A stretch of DNA of 64,000 bases from positions 186,001-250,000 of the forward strand of contig OZ287073.1 of assembly GCA_965645245.1 (NCBI GenBank), given 5' to 3'. Positions 12,133 through 23,656 of this stretch are shown here, piece after piece (position 1 is the stretch's first letter; every line of letters starts with the position of its first letter). Below the pieces are notes generated by a model. The model searched no databases. It saw nothing but the letters and a program-made list of their open reading frames with translations, and was not told where the DNA came from. Position numbers and translations under genes: made by a program. The stretch is from Massalongia carnosa (Eukaryota).

Positions 12133-13965
12133 AACAAGGGACTGAAGATCTAGTCCCTCAAATTAAGGACCAGCCCATTGATCCAGAGAAAAAATTTTCA
12201 CAAGCGAGAATGAAGAACATCATCAGCTACCATCACTATCAAAAAGCAATTCACACGAGCAATCATCTAGGAAGAAAAGGAGGAGGATTTTTTCCATAAA
12301 ACCGCGCTCGGAGGAAACCAATAATCGCTATCCGAAAAGGTGTAAGGCCTTACGGCAAACACCGCAAACGATGCAGTTCCAGAAAACTGTACCTGAAAAA
12401 AACAGTCCCATTTTTGAGAGGCTGGAAAAAGGGCACGAAGCCCTAGAAAGCGAAGAGAAAGAGAGAGAAAAAGACGATCCTATCAGTTACTGGGCCGCGA
12501 ACCATACCTGGCCCGACAACTTTGCAGAGTCTCATGCAATGTCTTCGAACAACACCAACAAACGACCGCGAACGTCGGATCATTCTCAAAGCAGCAAGGA
12601 TGAAAAATCCCGGAGCTATTCTCAGAGCCGTAAGGATGGAAATTTCCCAGAGCAATCTACTAAATCGTACGAAAAGTACATTTTCACACAAGGTCTGGAC
12701 ATGAATTATATCAAAAGCAGAGAACTTGTTTCTCCAGACAGCAAGGCGGCTTGCCAAGATCTTCGAAATATGGAATGCGTGGCCATCTCTCCTACTGTTT
12801 ATTCCGAGGACAAAATACTCCAGGTGATCGACCTTTGCCAGAATGCAAATGAAGCAATGGTAAGCCGAGATGTTACGACGCTGATTTTGCCGCCAATCAA
12901 AGCACTACATCTAACGGACGAAGCAAATATTTTCAAAGATTTTACCGATCAAGTTAGAGCGCAGTGGCATGAGAGTTGGGTTCTGGCAGGACCTCGGCCT
13001 GAACCTGACCTGGCCATTGGCTTCCTCCATTCCGCCTTTACGGTATCAGAAAATGAAAAATAAACCAACTACACATCCTTTGAAAACTTGACGCGATCAA
13101 CCGATGAAATGTGTTTCCCGTTCTGATGTGCGAGGTCGAGTGTGGCAACAGGGGACTTGACCGGCAGAACATGCACAGCTGCAGTGTGGCGGTCAAGGCG
13201 CTTCTCAAGCTCGAGCAAAAGGCGAATCAGTACCGAGAGGACAAGCAATTCGAGAGCTTGCTTGGCAAGATCGTTGTCTATTCTATCTCACACGATCAAA
13301 AAGATGCCCGCCTCTACGGGCATTATGCCTTGGTTGAAGAAGAAAAATGGACGTATTATCGCCATTATATTCGGCATTTCGACATTGCACACGAGGAGAG
13401 CCTGCTGGCCCTCCACAATTTGCTCGCAATATCCTAGTGATACACGCTTCAAAACTGTTGAAACGGCTTCAGAAAGCAATTGCAGCTCTCCTAGTCTCCT
13501 CTACACTATTATTCTCTGCAGGTACGATGAACTTGGAGGATGACTCGCGAGGCTTCCAACAACCCTCGCAGGGTCGAGATGCCGAAGGTTTCGCGACTCC
13601 CGTTCTTCCTGCCAGCGCCCAAAAACTGTTCGACGAGCAAAAGGAGCAGATGGACAAGCTCCTTCAGCAGATGGAACGGCAAAGGGAGGAGAACAAGGAG
13701 AAGGAGGAAAGGCAAAGGGAGGAGATGGAGCAGCAGAGGAAAGAGAACAAGGAGGAGGAAAGGCAAAGGGAGAAAGAGGAAAGGCAAAGGGAGGAGATGG
13801 AACAGCAGATGGAACGGTAAATGGAGGAGAACAAGGAGAAGGAGGAAAGGCAAAGGGAGGAGATGGAACGGCAGATGGATTAGCTAAAGAAGGAAAAGGA
13901 TGAGCTGGGAGAGCAAATCAAGGAGCTCATAGACATACTCAAACAAAAGAAGAGCTATGTTTAGA
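12133..13965 (+). pseudogene. Degenerate, 5'-truncated copy of the DUF7924-like gene at 23657-25782
   Basis: Near-identical translated blocks (KDDPISYW..NHTWPDNFAESH, GPRPEPDLAIGF, YSISHDQKDARLYGHY); stop at 13061 and frameshifts near 13110-13160 and 13400-13430. Confidence 0.9.
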
Positions 13966-14206
13966 GTACTGAGTGCTCATCCGGCCGAGCTGATAGTTAC
14001 CTGGATTGATTCGTGAACCATAATTTTAGAATCTAGTGATGATTCTGTTGAACCTAGTGAGGTTCGTGAATAGAGGTGAACTCTTGATAATATGAATATC
14101 TAGAAGAAAAGCTCTATCTCAGTAGCTAATATTACATTATGTGCGGCGAGCTAGCCCAAACTAGGCCTAATAAGGCCATGCTATCCCTTAGGCCCCTGAG
14201 CCACCA

Positions 14207-17200
14207 CGAGATGCTTAGGGACAGTCCCCCCCCGACCGTCCCCCCCCCCCCCCCCTGTGTAAATCTTTACTAGTAAACAGCCATTTTACTACTCATCCAG
14301 GGTACATACAAGCTAGCAGTTACACTACGTATTAATAACGTTGCTGTTACTGACTAAGTGTATTCCACACCTACAAATCTACCGATTGCGATGACTTCAA
14401 CTCCAAAAACTCGTCAGCCAATTGCGATACATCATCTTTTCTAGGCTTCATGGTTTTAGCCACCTTTCTCATCGCCGTTTCCTTTCTCGCTTGAGCCCTA
14501 GCCTGTCTGACTGATTTCTCGACTCTTTGCTGAGATTCCAACTCCAACTGAGCCTTTGATTTCTTCGCCACACCCCGAGACCTTCGCGTTGTTGCCGAGG
14601 AATTAGGGAGAATTTGACTGGCGCGCACGTTTTGGCTAAGACTATAAAGAGATGGAGCCAGCGCTGCCTGAGGTAGGGCTTTTTGACTATGCTTGGCAAG
14701 CACATCGTCAATATCTTCGAGCGAATCCGACGAGGCTTCTGATGTAAGAATAATATCATTTTCGTCATCCGAAGGAAGCATAGGATCCATAGAACGACCG
14801 AGAATGGGCTGAGTGCTTATATACTGCACCTCGTCATCGTCGTCGGAGACGATAGACGCGTTTTTGATTCTCTCCATAACTAAGTTTTCTCCTAAACCTA
14901 TTGTACCCAATATTAGCCGACCCGAGCGCAATAACTTTCCACCATCGTGAATTTTACCTTCTGTTTCACCTTCAACCTCATCGTCGCCCCCAGCACGCAA
15001 TCTATTATATCTAAGCCTCCTCCCTTGTTCAATAGTCCCTTCGCCTAGTACGTCGCTGTTCAGTTTCTCTAGCCTCAGCTGCCTCGCGACCAGTGTAGGC
15101 ACGTCGACGACTCCCTCCTTTCTTATACATGAGGTTTTCTTTGGGCCGAATTTCGTCGGGGAATGTGGTGGGGATGAGAGGTCTTACCAGCTCCTTCTTT
15201 TGCCATTTCTTATTGAACTTTTCAACGATGTGAGCATGCTCGCGAGCGTACTCCTCCCTTCGATGAGAATCTTCTATTGATTGATGCAGGTCAATAGATT
15301 GATATGCCACAGAATGTAGCAAATCAAGGCCCCCGCGGCGAAATCTATCCTCACTCAACACGCCTTCTTCGAGCTCGACCTCATCCTTATCCGCCTCAAT
15401 CTCTCCCGTCCCTTCGACCTCATCGACGATCTTTTCGACCTCGGGCTCCGAGCCGCGAGCGAAATCGAAGGTCATTTGCCAAGAGACCGCATAAGGTGGG
15501 CCATTCAAAAACCAGCGGGGGTGGATGAGGGAAACGGGAATAGGGACCGAGTCGATGATGCATTTATACAACCAGCATTTGCATGGGAGACCGTACCTTA
15601 AAGGCAACTCACAATCATAAACACAGCTTCCACCATCAGGGACAATAGAAAGGATTCGTTCAGCTAATGATTTGGCGGCATCGAGTTCTCTTGAAACGAG
15701 GCCAATGGCATGATGCGTAATTTTCCCAATGAGTAACGTAAAAGCATTTCTATCGATCAATCTAGGATTGCGTATTCGCTGTTGATTGCACAAAATCTCC
15801 TGATCTAATTGTTTTTTCCGCACCGCATCACATATTTTCTGCACCGATTGTCTTATAGGAGTATTTCTATTGGTCACATTTTTAAGCAATGAATGTAGAC
15901 CTTCTGAACGCTGTGTGCTGTGTGCGCCTAAATTAGGGAGTTTAGTAGTATATGCATGCACGAATTGAACTTCTTGACGTTGATAGAAATTCAAGAGATA
16001 ATCCTGCGAAAGAGGTAGCGTTAGCAGTAGCCCTAACTCGCTTGAAATTTAATTTGATATATCACTACTAACCTTTTCTGCGGGATGAAGTTCATTCAGC
16101 AACTTTCTTCGTCTCTCATCCAACTCATCAATAGTGGGGGATTTTATATAATCCCAAATCAGAGTCTCCAGCTTTTTGCGCACTTCTTGGGGATATTTTC
16201 CTGCCTTGATCAGTCGTTTTTTTATTGCCTCGGCCGCATGCCACGTGCACAGCTGCAAAACGCATCTCTCCTCGCCCGCTTTCATCGTTGATTGGTTTAG
16301 ATTTTCGGCGACCTCTCTTGCAATGGTCAATGCAGCATCGAGATCAATTGCCGGAGCTTTAGCTTTTCTTTGCATGGCTACAGTCAACCCAGCTGCAAAA
16401 TCCCCGAGAATAACCCCAGGCCCGGGGCAATCATCATGAAAAATCAACTCTTTCATACATTCGAAAATAAAAGTGAAACATTCGGCCGATTCGGAAGTTA
16501 TATAGCAATAAGCGACGGGAAACGAAAGGTCGGTGTTAGTGATTCCAACCAAACGGATAAAGGCAAGTTCAATTTATTAGTATTGAACGTTGCATCCGTT
16601 TCTAATAAAAACCCACCCACGAAACGTCGAGCCAGCCTAATTTGCTCTGCATTGCAAAAAAAAAATTGTTCTATCACCCGTCTCTCACGCACATTATTCT
16701 TAACAATATATTTTTCCTTACACCGTATATGAAAGCCCCTGTCTTTCAACGAGCCCAAGGCAAAAAGAAGCTCTTCTTCAGGCGTGTGAGCTCCCTCCGA
16801 ATGAGCGAGATTATAATAATCGCTCCTCGACAGACGGAGTCCTTGGATTCCTAATATTCTCGCTGCTTGGCCATATTGGGTTGACGATGCACGGAGACTC
16901 TTCCCTTGATCTAGGGCATCTGTTCGATCAGGGTCCCTACTATGATGTTCTCTGAATGCAAAGGGATCAGTGGCCATCTCATGATTGTGCTCGGAGTTAG
17001 TGACTATTAGTCTCCATGCATTGTCTTTGTTTTTTTTGAGACGGAGGCGATAAGGGCACTCATTGAACGAAACTTTGGTATTGGCTCGCACCCGGTCTTT
17101 CTCCTCTACCTTTCTAGTGTTTCTAACTCTTTTGTGGTGGCGTGTGCAGTCTAATACAATTAAATGGTTTTTCTTATCGTGAGTTTCTGTGACCAACGCG

Positions 17201-17702
17201 AAGCCTTGGGTGAAGGCATAGTCTTGAAGACGAGTCTTTGCCTCCTCCCAAGACGAAATAACTCATTCTCTTGCGGAGGGAGGAGGTGAGGTGGGGGTAG
17301 AAGGGCAATGGCATGTTGCTTCCGTGCATCCAAAGAAGTGGGATCGAACTCCATCGCGATGAGGAGTAGTAAAATATATAATATGAGGTATAGCATAAGT
17401 GGAAGGGGAGATCTAGGGAGGGCAAAGGGTTAGGACAAGGGCAAGGGCAAATGGTAAGTGAGGGTGAGGGTGAGGGTGGGGGTGGGTGAGGGTATGCTTT
17501 ATTAGACCGAGTAGGGTAATTATTAGTAGCAATAACACGTCATACGATTTAAACCGAAAAGAGTTTAGTGTGCTGTTGGCAGTTGCATTACTAGCTTGTA
17601 CGCACCCTGGATAAGCAGTGAAATGGCTGTTTACTAGCAAAGATTTACACAAGGGGGGGGGGGGGGGGGACGGTCGGGGGAGGACTGTCCCTAAGCACCT
17701 CG
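14207..17702 (-). mobile_element. Mutator-like (MULE) DNA transposon
   Basis: Imperfect ~110-bp TIRs (CGAGATGCTTAGGGACAGTCC...poly-C...TGTGTAAATCTTT); 9-bp TSD GAGCCACCA at 14198-14206 and 17703-17711. Confidence 0.93.
14371..17354 (-). pseudogene. MULE transposase (FAR1-like, MULE DDE, SWIM-like), frameshifted
   Basis: LDCTRH...CPYRLRL...EHNH; ETDATFNTNKLNLPL; ILGDFAAGL; LQLCTWHAAEAI; STQRSEGLH; CELPLRYGLPCKCWL; spread over several frames. Confidence 0.9.
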
Positions 17703-17881
17703 GAGCCACCACCTAAGATCATCACTTACAGTAGGTTCACAGATTCTAGAATTCTGACATGATAGGTACGTGCTTCTTAGTGAAAAACGAAGTTCTTCCC
17801 TACGGGTTGTTCAGTCTCCGACGAGAGAGTTGAGAGATGCAGTTATAAGGAAGAAGGTGGAATAGGAACAGGTATTATCAG

Positions 17882-19292
17882 ATCGCCCATTGTTATCAAT
17901 TCAGCTTTCCGTTTAGTCGAACAACACAGCATGTGGCATACGAGATTGATAAGGAAAGGGGGGAGATTCGTGACTGTAGGAATTCCGCAGGACCCAGAAC
18001 CCGAAGAAATTACAAAGCTTGCTGGAAGTCTAGCATCAAATTTGAATCTCATGGACGAATATGAGCAATCGGTCTCCTTCAACGATGCCACAGAAATGAC
18101 AATCTTCACACTACCTGGCCACAATTCAACTGATCCGGACGGTACACTCTCGCAGAAGATAATTGACTACACTATATCCGACTGCATCCTTGGTCACATC
18201 AGAGAAGTAGAGAATTACCTCAAGACAACAGCCGAGCAGCATATATTCATACAGGGCATGGATGAGAATGGAGACACAACTTTAAACTACGCCGCTGCAG
18301 AAATATCAGCAAGCATGGTGGCTCTTCTATTGGATAATGGTGCCAAAGTCAATGGACGTAATAGGAGAGGAAGGACTCTATTAATGGAAGCCGCTCTATG
18401 GGGTAGGGCTGAGAACGCCCAAGTTTTACTCAGCCATCCATGGTGCAGACAGGACTCTTAGCGATCACCATGGACGCACAGCTTCGAACCTTGCCTCTCC
18501 CAGTGACAGAAATTCTGATGAAAGAGATAGAAGAATTGGTGCAGTCTACAAGGAACATACCTACAACGCCGATAAGGAGCGCAAAGCAATTGTCCAGTTG
18601 CTCCAAAATCAATCCGCCCCGTCTCTGATCCCTCTTCGCACAGCAAATTCTATTGATCCGGATTATTCCCAATTTTCTTTCCATCAATCACCTCAAACCT
18701 CGTCATCAGAACTGTCTGCGCCAATCAAGAGCTTCACTATCTCTAGGCAACCCAAGACTATAGCCCGACTGGACAGAGGGCTTCCGTTCCCACCGGTCGA
18801 CGCTATGAGCGGATGGGGCCACCATGAAGAGGAATTGACCACGGTTAGCGGGGAGACTGGACTGAAGAGGTCTTCCGAATATGTCGGTTAGTTGAGCACC
18901 AACTACCAGCAAGTCCTGAAATCGATCAGAGGCGTCCCGGGAAGTTCTTTGCCTCTCACGCCGAGAAACAGTTGATAGCCTATCTTTTCAGCAAGCACGT
19001 CTTTCTCGATGACGAAGTCTTGGAAACGGTCCAATATGAGATTGACAGCAGAACGATTACAGCCTTTCTTCAGGGACTCTACCTTGCGCAGCCGCCTGTA
19101 TCCCTGCGTAAAGCAACGATATTAGTTAGCAGGAAAATGTGTCTTGATTGCGAGAAATTTGTTGCTGCTGTTGAGGCGCGTCTCAACCTCAGAATCCGCT
19201 GCATATGCATTGATTTCAGAGAACAGGCAAAAGCCTTTGTTAATCAGAACCCCGCTGAGTGGCCAACAAATCTCTTGGACCTTGAGCGATAG
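17882..19292 (+). pseudogene. Ankyrin repeat plus Zn-dependent deaminase (SsdA/DYW-like) protein, 5'-truncated and frameshifted
   Basis: Ankyrins GDTTLNYAA and GRTLLMEAALWGR; AMSGWGH; FFASHAEKQLIAY (HAE at 18957-18965) and ILVSRKMCLDCEKF give the HxE...CxxC deaminase signature; frameshifts near 17960, 18440 and 18870. Confidence 0.78.
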
Positions 19293-20192
19293 TGTCTTTT
19301 ACCTATCTGAAATCACTCCTAAGAGGATTATCGTAAGGACCTGGAGCTCGTAAGGTATAATAGCTCCTGTGGACTTAGTCTCCTTAGGGATTCAGATCTC
19401 TTAGACTGTCATCGCCAACCTAAATTCTGCATAGGTGAACTTTCTAAAACTGAGTACGCGCAAGGGGAGGCGAGGTGACGTCGTAGACTGATCCGGCTGA
19501 GCGTGCACCATGTCGGAGGAGTATGTTAAATAAACAGTTGACGGCATAATGTTGAAATTACTACGGAGGTGACTGCTTATAGCAGTCATGGCAGCCTGCA
19601 GGGCTGAGCTAGAACTAATGGGGCTAAGCGAGTATTCCAACAGAGTATCCCCCACTGTTATTTTCCGAGCTACCGTAGGGACTACGCGCAGGGGAAGTAC
19701 GTGCAACCCCACAATCACAGTGCTGGGGCAGCTGATACTGTTGATGCTGGAGCTGGTATTGATGCTGGAGTTGGGGCTAGGCCCAATTTATCTAGTGATT
19801 ACTACAACATCGCGAATCCGAGTTGATTGTTGCCTGCCGTTTTTAGTCGTTTGTTTTTGGGGGTATGGCATGGCCACCAAGATGGCCTCCATGCTAGCAT
19901 AACAGGTGTGGCCCATGATACTGGTATGGCGTATTCCTTCATCGTCGAACTCGCGAAACACGAGTAAAAACCGTCCCCGTAGAACTAACTCCGGCCTCAC
20001 GATCCTCGCTCTACTCAAGGAGGTGCTAGACCAGCCCCACAGGCCAAAGAGCAGAGCACAAAGAGCAATTCCCCTTCAGCATATCTAAGCAACAGCCAGC
20101 GAAGGCGAGCTGGCGGCGAGGGAAACTTCGCTCATTGGTATGTAGGAACACTATTAATACGTCTATCGTTGAAACGATTATCCTAAGGTAGG

Positions 20193-20460
20193 TGTTAAAT
20201 GATAAGGCTACCATCGGTTAGATGGTCAGACTACCACTAGTATAGGCATCCATCGTGAGTCCCACGGGTACCTGCCAGGCACCTGCCTAATAGACAGTTA
20301 TGGAGGTGCCTAACAGGCAGCTGTGGGAGGCCTAAAGCATCACTGTTATGTGACTGCTTTTTGTGACTGCTATAAAAGCAGGTCGATAGCCCACATAGAT
20401 AATTACCTTCAATGACAATCATGCTATTATACCTACACGTGAATTTCATCATATTCATCA
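20193..20460 (+). mobile_element. Solo LTR (268 bp), same family as 62185-62595
   Basis: TG...CA termini; TSD GTAGG at 20188-20192 and 20461-20465; shares ATAGCCCACATAGATAATTACCTTCAATGACAATCATGCTATTATACCTACACGTGAATTT with 62525-62584. Confidence 0.88.
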
Positions 20461-20889
20461 GTAGGCACAGGTGAAGTAGTAAACGAAGCAGCAGATGAAC
20501 AGCAGGTGAAGTAGTGCATTTGTCAATTCATGTATTTGATTAATTAAATTCTTACTTTATTTGTTGTCCAACTACTACTTAATCTGCTGTCCACTTAATT
20601 TGCTATCCATTCGCTCTCCATTTACTGTCATCTGTTACTTCGTCGCTGGCGGGCTTCTACTGCTTCGTGGATGTTATTCTATTTCTTTCTTTATTTTCTT
20701 GTTTCCCATCTTATATTATATATCATACATTGACCACCCCTTTATGTTTCTTATGATATATATACACTCAATACCCGCTTAGCTGCGGTATAGGGTCTCT
20801 TTTTCCCAAAAATTCTTATTATGGGGGTCAGAAACTTCAGCTTCTTCAAATGATTTACTTCAGTCATCACAGGCATCTGATTTAAATAA

Positions 20890-21010
20890 GATCTGTTCGG
20901 AAACATTAGTGTCCCCGAAGTTAAGAAAAAGAAATTACTTGATAGATTTAGTCAAGAATCTGGTTAAGAAGTACATTAAGGATGAAAGCTGCATCAATCT
21001 GCTTGCGCAT
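20890..21010 (+). pseudogene. Dynamin-family GTPase fragment
   Basis: Translates to IDLVKNLVKKYIKDESCINLLA, resembling the dynamin segment after the DLPG motif; short and isolated. Confidence 0.4.
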
Positions 21011-21269
21011 GCTCAACATGGCAAATCGCTGAAACAATGAAATGAACAGAGAAAGATTTAGGCTTGACTTTTGACTATCATGTGATTAAGAATAACCCGG
21101 CTTCTTTCGAGGGTCTAATTTTAGAACATTCATTGACAATGACTTGATTGCTCGCGGAACCTTGTCTAATGTCGAGAAGTTCTTGCGCATGCTGTATATC
21201 TCACAGTATAGAGAAGAAACGATTGCAATGATCGAAGGAGCGGAATGAAAAACTTTTCCCTATCTCGAG

Positions 21270-21755
21270 CGATGTATGCCGATTGCAGAACATATGTTCT
21301 ACATCGCTCGGCATCTCCACTTGTCAAGTCAAAGATCCTTCGAGAACCACGCGCCCTGGGGGGCAGGTAGCACCGTCATTGGCGGAGCAGCGCAACCTAA
21401 CCGTCCAGGGGGGAATGAAGTGATGGAGAAGGCCCAGAAGCTCACAATGGCGTCGAACTGCTTAGGGGACCCCCAATATGGTGGTGCTGCGGGATGCCGG
21501 TCAAGTTCATGAAATTGCCTTGCAGCAGCTCGATCTGGCCCACGAAGCCCGCCGCCTGCACGATGCGGTGGGCGAAGGTCAGCTCGTCGGTGGAAATGTC
21601 TACCGCCATCACCGATCCTCCCCCCCCTCACCGCTGGTGTCCTACATCGCGTATTTGCCTTCCATTCCCCATGCGCTCGAGTAAGTCCAGAAATCCAACA
21701 AACAGGATGGGCTGAATACTGAGCAATAGAAAGCTCGGTGGCTGTATGCAAGGCT
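21270..21755 (-). pseudogene. Class I SAM-dependent methyltransferase remnant (first codons displaced by an inversion)
   Basis: Across frames: LAYSHRAFY, VLDFWTYSSAWG, GGSVMAVDIS, GQIELLQGNF, KQFDAIVSFWAF. Confidence 0.5.
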
Positions 21756-22390
21756 CCGCCACACTCAGTTGCCCATCTGTTTACCGGTGACATCGCTTCC
21801 AGGAGGTATATATGCAGCGTCTTCAATATCGGCGAGCTGAACCTGTTCAATAACCATTCCGTGATGATCCTTCTTCCGCTCGACCAAGATATTATTCGCT
21901 TGGCTATCTGCAGAGTATCAGCCCCATAAACAGAAGGAGCCTAGTTTATCAGAATGAACAATGTTCTGGTCGTGCAGCGCCGCAAGTCCGCATAATGTGT
22001 CTTTGAGGATTTGTTTTATAAGCGCGATCGATAAGTCCTCTCGGGCGAGGCCTAGAAGATCATCTATGAAGTATTTGTAAACAAATATCGACCGCTCCGG
22101 GATCGTGTCTTAAGATAAGCGGAGATAAGTGCCAGTTGCGCAGGCAGTAGTACATATCCTGAAAATGCTTGAAATCAGACTGGGAGACGTCTTTCAAGAT
22201 AAATTTCTGGTTTTTAGCGCTAGGTCGACAGAGGCTAGCAAGTTAGATAGCGTCAGTCGTCGAGTTTCAGGAGCACGAACATAGCAAGACAGACGCGGCG
22301 CGGCGGATTTCTTTTCTCTTGGAGGACTCGCTGGATGATATAACGATGGCCGGACTGGCCAACCGGCTCCGTGGTCGTAGACGCGTTCTT
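21752..22390 (-). pseudogene. Ser/Thr protein kinase, N-terminal half (inverted)
   Basis: VGQSGHRYIIQRVLQEK, NQKFILKDV, KQILKDTLCGLAALHDQNIVHSD, ANNILVE, VQLADIEDAAY, GN*VWRS; ends exactly before the SPE motif. Confidence 0.8.
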
Positions 22391-22425
22391 CTGTTAGGCA
22401 TGGTCTGTTACTGATCTCATTGTAC

Positions 22426-22718
22426 TGTTAGGACGACGAAGTCGGATGAAAGGGCTTATAGCGGAAGAAGGCGTTAGCAAACCGAACGTTGAAAACTGAG
22501 CCACACCTAAGTTCGTTCTGTTTTGCTAGAGGCGAGAACTAGCGTGATAGAGACATCAAAGCGATAAAAGGTCTAAATTGAACGAAGTGTACGTATGGTA
22601 GTCAGAGCAATCTCTCAATCGCCCTATCTCCAGCCCTCCGATAGCATAGACTAGGGCATGAGATGCAAAGTAGCCCAGGCAACAGCATAGGTAGCATCAG
22701 GCACGATGAAGCCTTTCA
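22426..22718. mobile_element. Probable solo LTR
   Basis: TGTTAGG...CCTTTCA termini; flanks TTGTAC / CTGTAC (imperfect TSD). Confidence 0.4.
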
Positions 22719-22778
22719 CTGTACACCAAAGTTGTTCATACTATCGTCGTTATATACGCTATGAGTCTTGACTAGATC

Positions 22779-23245
22779 AGCCCGGAAGCACATGCTCAAG
22801 GTCGCGTTAAGTACTCCGATATATTCTCTTTCGGTGTTGTTGTAAGTCATCTACCATCCCTCGTATTTTAGAGTGGCTGTTCACTAGTGTCGTCATGCAG
22901 TGCATTTACGCAGTGTTTAAGAGAGTCATCTTCGCCGTCGACGAAGAGGAGCTGGCTGACGGCGAGGAGCCATTAGCAGTCGTCCTCGAGCGCCAGATCT
23001 CTTATTTTGCGGACGAGGACGGACTGAATGGTCTCTTGAAGCATCTTGGCGACAGTCCTTGATGCGAAGTTCTTAAAGTTATTCAAGACAGCTTTAACAC
23101 GGCTAACCCGCATAAGCTGTTCTCTTTGTGGAAAGGCGTAGACACGGACTTCAGAGATCTTATTGGTGGTTTGATGAACGTTGATCCAGCGAAGAGGCTC
23201 ACGGCGCACGAGGCATTGGCACATAGGTGATTTGGGGACGTTTGA
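22779..23245 (+). pseudogene. Ser/Thr protein kinase, C-terminal half
   Basis: SPEAHAQGRVKYSDIFSFGVV, intron (GTAAGT..CAG), CIYAVFKRVIF...LMNVDPAKRLTAHEALAH; two TGA where Trp is expected. Confidence 0.85.
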
Positions 23246-23656
23246 GTTAATAGCCGTAAGTCTTGGCGTCGCATACGTCACGTGATACGCTTATTGAATA
23301 TATCGGTCAAGGGTTCACATGGGAATGGTTCATTGAACCTCAAGTATATAAGGTAGCTGAAGATCGCCGTTATGAGACGTCCAGAATCAACTCATGTTAA
23401 TACTCATAGCATACACTAGATAGTCTCTAGCTACTTCAGAGCAATACTAAGCTTGACAGGAATCAAAGTTCTAAGAGATCTGATAATACCTGTTCCTATC
23501 CCATCTTCTTCCCTGTAACTGCATCTCTCAACCCTCTCGTCGGAGACTACCTACCATGTCAGGATTCTAGGAGCATTCCTAGATTCTAAAAATATGGTTC
23601 ACGAAACAATCCACATACCTATCTGCCAAGCCGGATGAGCATCCAGTATTCTAAAT

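Larger units (their letters stand above)
14046..17741. mobile_element. Solo LTR (~191 bp) interrupted by a MULE
   Basis: Termini TGTTGAACCTA...TAGGTTCACA; TSD GATTC at 14041-14045 and 17742-17746; no such insert at the paralogous site near 23570. Confidence 0.82.

Noticed and set aside
13509..13887. Leu/Pro-rich and Arg/Gly-rich ORFs (also 23673-24221)
   Set aside because: Alternate-frame readings of the E/K/Q/R coiled-coil repeats.
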